Shown here in pieces: positions 59,786 through 64,000 of a stretch of DNA of 64,000 bases. The translations under genes were made by a program, and so were the position numbers. Under the pieces are notes generated by a model. The model was not told the origin of the DNA. It was given only the letters and a program-made list of their open reading frames with translations, and searched no databases. Within the stretch, counting starts at the first letter, position 1, and every line of letters starts with the position of its first letter. This DNA comes from a virus (taxonomy: Duplodnaviria > Caudoviricetes): the IMG/VR virus record IMGVR_UViG_3300037067_021710. The stretch is one strand, 5' to 3'.

Positions 59786-60420
59786 TTACCATCAATAGCT
59801 TTATTTAAACCATACCAATTTGTATTGTCAATTCGCCCTTGAAGAAATTCATGCCAATGACCAAATATCCATAAGTCAGGTTTTAATTTTTCTAATACTA
59901 TATCAAGTACTTTTCTTGTTGGGTCTGCAACCATGTCAGTAAATGAGTATTTAGGTACTTCAAACACTGAAGGGCATGTATGACTTATAATTATATCAAC
60001 CTTATTTTGTGATAATACAAAGTCAAGGTCTTTTTGATCTAAAATTTCTTGAGGGAAATAATCATACCCAAAAGTTCTATATCGTTTATCAATTGAATCA
60101 GCTCCTCCAAGAAACATCACTCGCTTACCATTTAATTCAATGATAGACCCTATTGGGCAATAGAATACATTGCTCTCTACTTCAACTGGGTGCTTACTAT
60201 GTCGACCTACAATAGACTCATACATATTCCAGTCTTCATGATTGCCAGGTATTAAATACACTTTGCTATTACCAGGTTTTATTAAACCTTTAGCTTGCTT
60301 ACCTACCCAAAAATAACCATTATCACCACATTGGAAAACAATATCAGGTTGCTTTACTTCAATCAAAGTATTGAAAGCATTAAAATTACTATGTATATCA
60401 CCAACAGCAAGAATTTTCAT
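59761..60420 (-). CDS. Calcineurin-like metallophosphoesterase
   Basis: GDIH, GD, GNHE, SH, FGHWH motifs. Confidence 0.9.
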   Translation of the reverse strand: MKILAVGDIHSNFNAFNTLIEVKQPDIVFQCGDNGYFWVGKQAKGLIKPGNSKVYLIPGNHEDWNMYESIVGRHSKHPVEVESNVFYCPIGSIIELNGKRVMFLGGADSIDKRYRTFGYDYFPQEILDQKDLDFVLSQNKVDIIISHTCPSVFEVPKYSFTDMVADPTRKVLDIVLEKLKPDLWIFGHWHEFLQGRIDNTNWYGLNKAIDGNWWMDFIL

Positions 60421-60449
60421 TTTTAAAAACTATTCTCCTTTAATATATA

Positions 60450-60475
60450 ATACAACTTTAAAATTAAAAAATAAC
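60450..60475 (-). promoter_or_regulatory. Bipartite promoter motif GTTAT-N15-TTGTAT
   Basis: Exact spacing, upstream of 60420. Confidence 0.65.
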
Positions 60476-60561
60476 CTTAATTTTATGGATTAAGGTCAAT
60501 AGAGGTTGTAATGAAAAAATACTTGTAAATTAAGCGGAGGCCCATTTTTCCATTTAACAAT

Positions 60562-60569
60562 TATTAGTA
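60562..60569 (-). promoter_or_regulatory. Late promoter-like box TACTAATA with no sizeable ORF downstream
   Basis: Followed ~65 nt later by a terminator-like hairpin. Confidence 0.45.
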
Positions 60570-60651
60570 TAAATAGTTCTATTAAGTTAACAATTTTGCA
60601 AAAAATACTTATTATATAAATTTTTATATAAATAATTTTATATAAATATTT

Positions 60652-61466
60652 TTACTTATCCATTTCAATAACAGAAGCTTTAAGAGTTTCTCCAAAGAAT
60701 ATTCGGTCAAATTCAGCTTGAGGTACTTCAAATTCCATAATTTTAATAAATTCAAATGTACCTTTTAGTTCTAATTCTTTAATTTGGCCTAATTCCTGTC
60801 GTAGATAAGTCGGGTTAATTTCATTTGTATATTCATCTACTGCAACTAGCAGTTCAGGAGCATATTCACCTTCATATTGTTCTTTTCTTTGGCCAAAAAT
60901 TGTTATTATTTTCATATAACCTCCAAGATAACTTTTGTGCCTTTCGGCAAGATTCGTACTATGAACGCAGTGCTTCCAGACCAACAGCTTTTTCTTGTAA
61001 GATTTGATAAATCTATAATACACAATTTATTAGAATGAGGCGATCTCATCACAATTGAACCATTATATTGTTCAACTTTATGGTCAATAATAACACCAAT
61101 TTCACCATAGTCCATTTTATTCATCGGTTTTATAACATCAATACTTTTTTCTTCTACTGTTGCCTTTATCATAAGGGTTTCTCCTTAGTTAATCAAATCT
61201 ACAAGACGAGTAAAATGGCATTCTACTTCTGATAATCCACAAGCATGACCATCTTGCCAAGCTATATCAAAACACAGTTCAGCTTTAGGGTTTAATTCAA
61301 CTTCGAATTCTTTAAAAAGAGCATACTTAAAGTCTACTCTTTCAATTTTTTGTATTTGCCGTGCATGATTTCTCAAAGCTTCAAGAAATTCTTCTTTTGT
61401 TTCAAAGTCTCTATTATCTGGAGGAATTAAATTTCTTACTTGATCTTCAAATTTTTCATAAATCAT
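60652..61466 (-). CDS. Three hypothetical early-type genes (60652-~60915, 60912-61172, 61185-61466)
   Basis: AGGAG/GGAGG RBSs. Confidence 0.65.
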
Positions 61467-61496
61467 TTTGGGTCTCCTTTACTATTTAATAGTCAT

Positions 61497-61557
61497 AATG
61501 TATTATATTACTATCAAAAAGTACACCACTTTTTTCTATATTTTAAGAAAAAAGTGG
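61497..61557 (-). promoter_or_regulatory. Early sigma70-like promoter abutting an inverted repeat
   Basis: TGTACT-N17-TACATT; same CCACTTTTTTC/GAAAAAAGTGG repeat as 4304-4363. Confidence 0.6.
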
Positions 61558-61797
61558 CATTTATATAAGAAGGATTTTGATAATTTTAAAGAACTACAAC
61601 ATCTTCAGATTGCATAAAAACTTCAGTAATATTAGGCAATTGAACAAATTCTATAGAATTTATTACCTCTGAAAAATTAAGTGCTACTATAAATAAATCT
61701 TTACAGCGATTACCTTCTTCTGTAATTATCTCATACCCAACTCGAAACAACTTTTTCTTTTCCATTTCTACACCCCATTAAATTTTTATAATTTTAC

Positions 61798-62370
61798 TTA
61801 CCAGCTAAGATGTGCTTTTACTTCATAAGGGCCTGTATATAAACTATCATTTTTATCTATAACTCCTAATGTAATGGTCCAATACTTTGTTAGACACAAA
61901 AATTCAAGAATAGGCAAATGATCAATTACTACATAAACCTCTTTTTCATTTTCGCCATATCCTAATGTCATATACTTCGGGTCTGTGTAAGAAATATCAT
62001 GGCATGTATATAACTCACCATTAGGATCTTCAATTACTATTGATTCATAGTCTAAAGCAAGAGCTTCATTTGCTGTTAACCTAAAAATAACTGGCTGAAA
62101 TAACAAACAAAACTTGCTAACTGGATCTGTAATAATCTGAAATCCTTTACTAGTAGATATCTCAACTTTTTCTATAATTGGAGCTACTTTCTCTCGTGGT
62201 ATAATTGGAACAATAGGGTCTGGTTTACAATTACCACAATTTTGACTCATAGACCATGCTACTAACCAATCAGACATTTGCGCTTCTGTGTCAGTTACAC
62301 CATCAATTCCATCACAAGCAATAAAACTAAGAGACATTACCATAACCAATTGACTCAATAATTTTTTCAT
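61798..62370 (-). CDS. Lipoprotein with beta-sandwich-like domain
   Basis: MKKLLSQLVMVMSLSFIAC. Confidence 0.65.
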   Translation of the reverse strand: MKKLLSQLVMVMSLSFIACDGIDGVTDTEAQMSDWLVAWSMSQNCGNCKPDPIVPIIPREKVAPIIEKVEISTSKGFQIITDPVSKFCLLFQPVIFRLTANEALALDYESIVIEDPNGELYTCHDISYTDPKYMTLGYGENEKEVYVVIDHLPILEFLCLTKYWTITLGVIDKNDSLYTGPYEVKAHLSW

Positions 62371-62387
62371 TATCTTAAAACTCCTTA

Positions 62388-62825
62388 TTAAAATTTATAA
62401 CCAAAAATAAAACTGCCGCCATTTATATTAAAACTTTTTTCATAAATAGCATGAGAATACATCCAACTAAAGCCAAATGTAAATGAAGGCGTAATTTCTC
62501 GCATATATCCTACTCCTACACCTGGCAAAAGAACAATATGCTTATATGTATTTGAATAAGCCATAAACATAAGAGGCTGTATAAAAAACATATTCTTTTT
62601 TTCTTTAGAAAACTTTACCTCGCATTTTTCTGCTATTGACTTTTTAATAGTTTTCTGTTTCTGCTGTATTTTACTTGGTTTTATTACAGGCTTTTGAATA
62701 GGTTTAACAGTTTCAACTTCTGTTTTGGCCCAGCTTTGACATTTCCAAGTTTCAGTAGTTTGGGTATATCCACTACTAATTATAGTAAATATGCATATAC
62801 ACATGATAATAAAAGCTTTTTTCAT
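62388..62825 (-). CDS. Exported protein with outer-membrane beta-strand signature
   Basis: Signal peptide; alternating strands ending FGYKF. Confidence 0.6.
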   Translation of the reverse strand: MKKAFIIMCICIFTIISSGYTQTTETWKCQSWAKTEVETVKPIQKPVIKPSKIQQKQKTIKKSIAEKCEVKFSKEKKNMFFIQPLMFMAYSNTYKHIVLLPGVGVGYMREITPSFTFGFSWMYSHAIYEKSFNINGGSFIFGYKF

Positions 62826-62839
62826 TTTCTCTAAACTCC

Positions 62840-63313
62840 TTAATTAAGTATAAGCTCAATTGTATTTTTAAATACCCTCACTAATTGTTCAGATATATTA
62901 AATCTAGTTGTATTTATTTCAAGACTTTTATAGATATTACCATCATTATGTCGTTTTGAAGCACAATACCAATCAATCACCATTTCAAGCAAATCAATTA
63001 ATGTCATATCATTAATACCGTTTTTAAAATGCTCAGGATGATGTCTGTTATTAGCATAATGATGATCAAGCGCTATTTTTAATTGGTCTAAAGTCTTTTT
63101 GTATTCTTCTGAACCATATGTTGTTTGTGCTAATCGAGGGGTTAACTCTGAAAATAACCCAAATTCGGGAACTTCTAATTTTGATTGATCATGAGAATCT
63201 GCGCGTTGTTTAATAACTTCAGCAAAATTATATAATAAATCTTTAACTAATATTTTATGCTCTGTAGTACTATTAACACATTCTAAGTCTTCTTTCGTCT
63301 CAATTTTAAACAT
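62840..63313 (-). CDS. DUF5662-like HD-type protein
   Basis: HDQSK, HHYANNRHHPEH, EMVIDW. Confidence 0.75.
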   Translation of the reverse strand: MFKIETKEDLECVNSTTEHKILVKDLLYNFAEVIKQRADSHDQSKLEVPEFGLFSELTPRLAQTTYGSEEYKKTLDQLKIALDHHYANNRHHPEHFKNGINDMTLIDLLEMVIDWYCASKRHNDGNIYKSLEINTTRFNISEQLVRVFKNTIELILN

Positions 63314-64000
63314 TTAATTTTTTGACCTCTTTAATATAATTCCATTCTACCATTATTTGATATACAGTTCTCATATCTTTCTTATCAAACCATTGAGATA
63401 ATTGTCTCATAATAAATCCTTTATCTCCATTAGTATTTATTATTTTAACACAATCTTCTACTTTATTTTTAAATATAATTTTATCGATGCCAAGAATAAC
63501 ATCTTTTTTAATACGTTCCCAAGACTTATCAATTTGAAGTTGAGAATATTCTTCTTTTAATAGTTCAACTACATGATTAAAAAATTCTTCAGATTTTATA
63601 TTATCGCCATTGTAGTCTTCTACAGCATTTAATGTAGTATTAATAATAGAATAATGGGGAATTGAATCATTTACCCAATGAATTGCTTCAATGTCTTCAC
63701 TTTTACATTTGAATTGTATATAATCATTATCTTCTGTTTTTACATATAATACAAATCCTTCAGACCCGGTTATTGAACCATCTTCATTTTTAATATTATT
63801 ATTTTTATTATCTTGTCTTAGTTGATCATAAAATTTAGTTATGTCTTCAGTAGTATCTAATTGTTGTAGACAAGGTAAAGAAATATCTATACCAAAAAAT
63901 CCTGGCATCATTACTTTATGATTTTGCTGTTTAATTCCAAATAAAAGTTTAGCATCTAAAGAAGTATTATATTTTATAAGTAAGGGATTTCGAGTACCAT
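63306..64000 (-). CDS. RNA ligase-like nucleotidyltransferase, C-terminal part (probably begins beyond the window)
   Basis: EGFVL (motif IV) and FKCK (motif V). Confidence 0.55.
   Translation of the reverse strand, partial: GTRNPLLIKYNTSLDAKLLFGIKQQNHKVMMPGFFGIDISLPCLQQLDTTEDITKFYDQLRQDNKNNNIKNEDGSITGSEGFVLYVKTEDNDYIQFKCKSEDIEAIHWVNDSIPHYSIINTTLNAVEDYNGDNIKSEEFFNHVVELLKEEYSQLQIDKSWERIKKDVILGIDKIIFKNKVEDCVKIINTNGDKGFIMRQLSQWFDKKDMRTVYQIMVEWNYIKEVKKLNV

Noticed and set aside
60570-60650. AT-rich TTATATAAA repeats as a replication origin or T4-type TATAAATA promoters
   Set aside because: Low-complexity sequence in an AT-rich genome, with no + strand gene downstream and no other support.
72-61007. 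Many short antisense or alternative-frame ORFs in the track (e.g. 72-407, 7005-7190, 9532-9873, 26886-27356, 29036-29308, 44361-44747, 58040-58330)
   Set aside because: They overlap well-supported genes and show shadow-frame composition (S/F/L-rich) without RBSs.
1-64000. Stop-codon reassignment as the explanation for the many short ORFs
   Set aside because: Long conserved genes are intact in code 11, the short ORFs have their own RBSs or leaders, and TAA, TAG and TGA all occur at natural gene ends.

Overview
AT-rich (roughly 25-30% GC by eye) segment of a large T4-like, probably contractile-tailed phage genome, read in standard genetic code and mostly on the - strand. It carries a head module (gp23-like major capsid protein, fused gp21 protease/acidic scaffold, gp20-like portal), a baseplate-hub-like gene, a likely lysis cassette, ThyX, a deaminase, Pth2, two metallophosphoesterases, an OmpA/MotB lipoprotein, many small hypothetical genes and a tRNA/tRNA-like cluster. 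The main observation is about 40 otherwise mostly unrelated small genes (7.9-24.1 kb and 32.8-36.0 kb) sharing an N-terminal leader M-[KEIQ]-[RK]-Y-[KI]-[SP]-(x)-[LIF]-x-E. It resembles the T4 capsid targeting sequence ending in a prohead-protease site, and these genes sit behind a recurrent late-promoter-like box (TACTAATA). I infer a very large library of head-packaged, possibly ejected proteins. Other signals: a shared C-terminal tag (PKI[KR]LKQxY), a bipartite promoter GTTAT-N15-TTGTAT, tRNA-like RNAs with replaced anticodon arms, and a higher-GC cassette at 57.6-59.3 kb. All calls come from motif recognition by eye; no searches were run.
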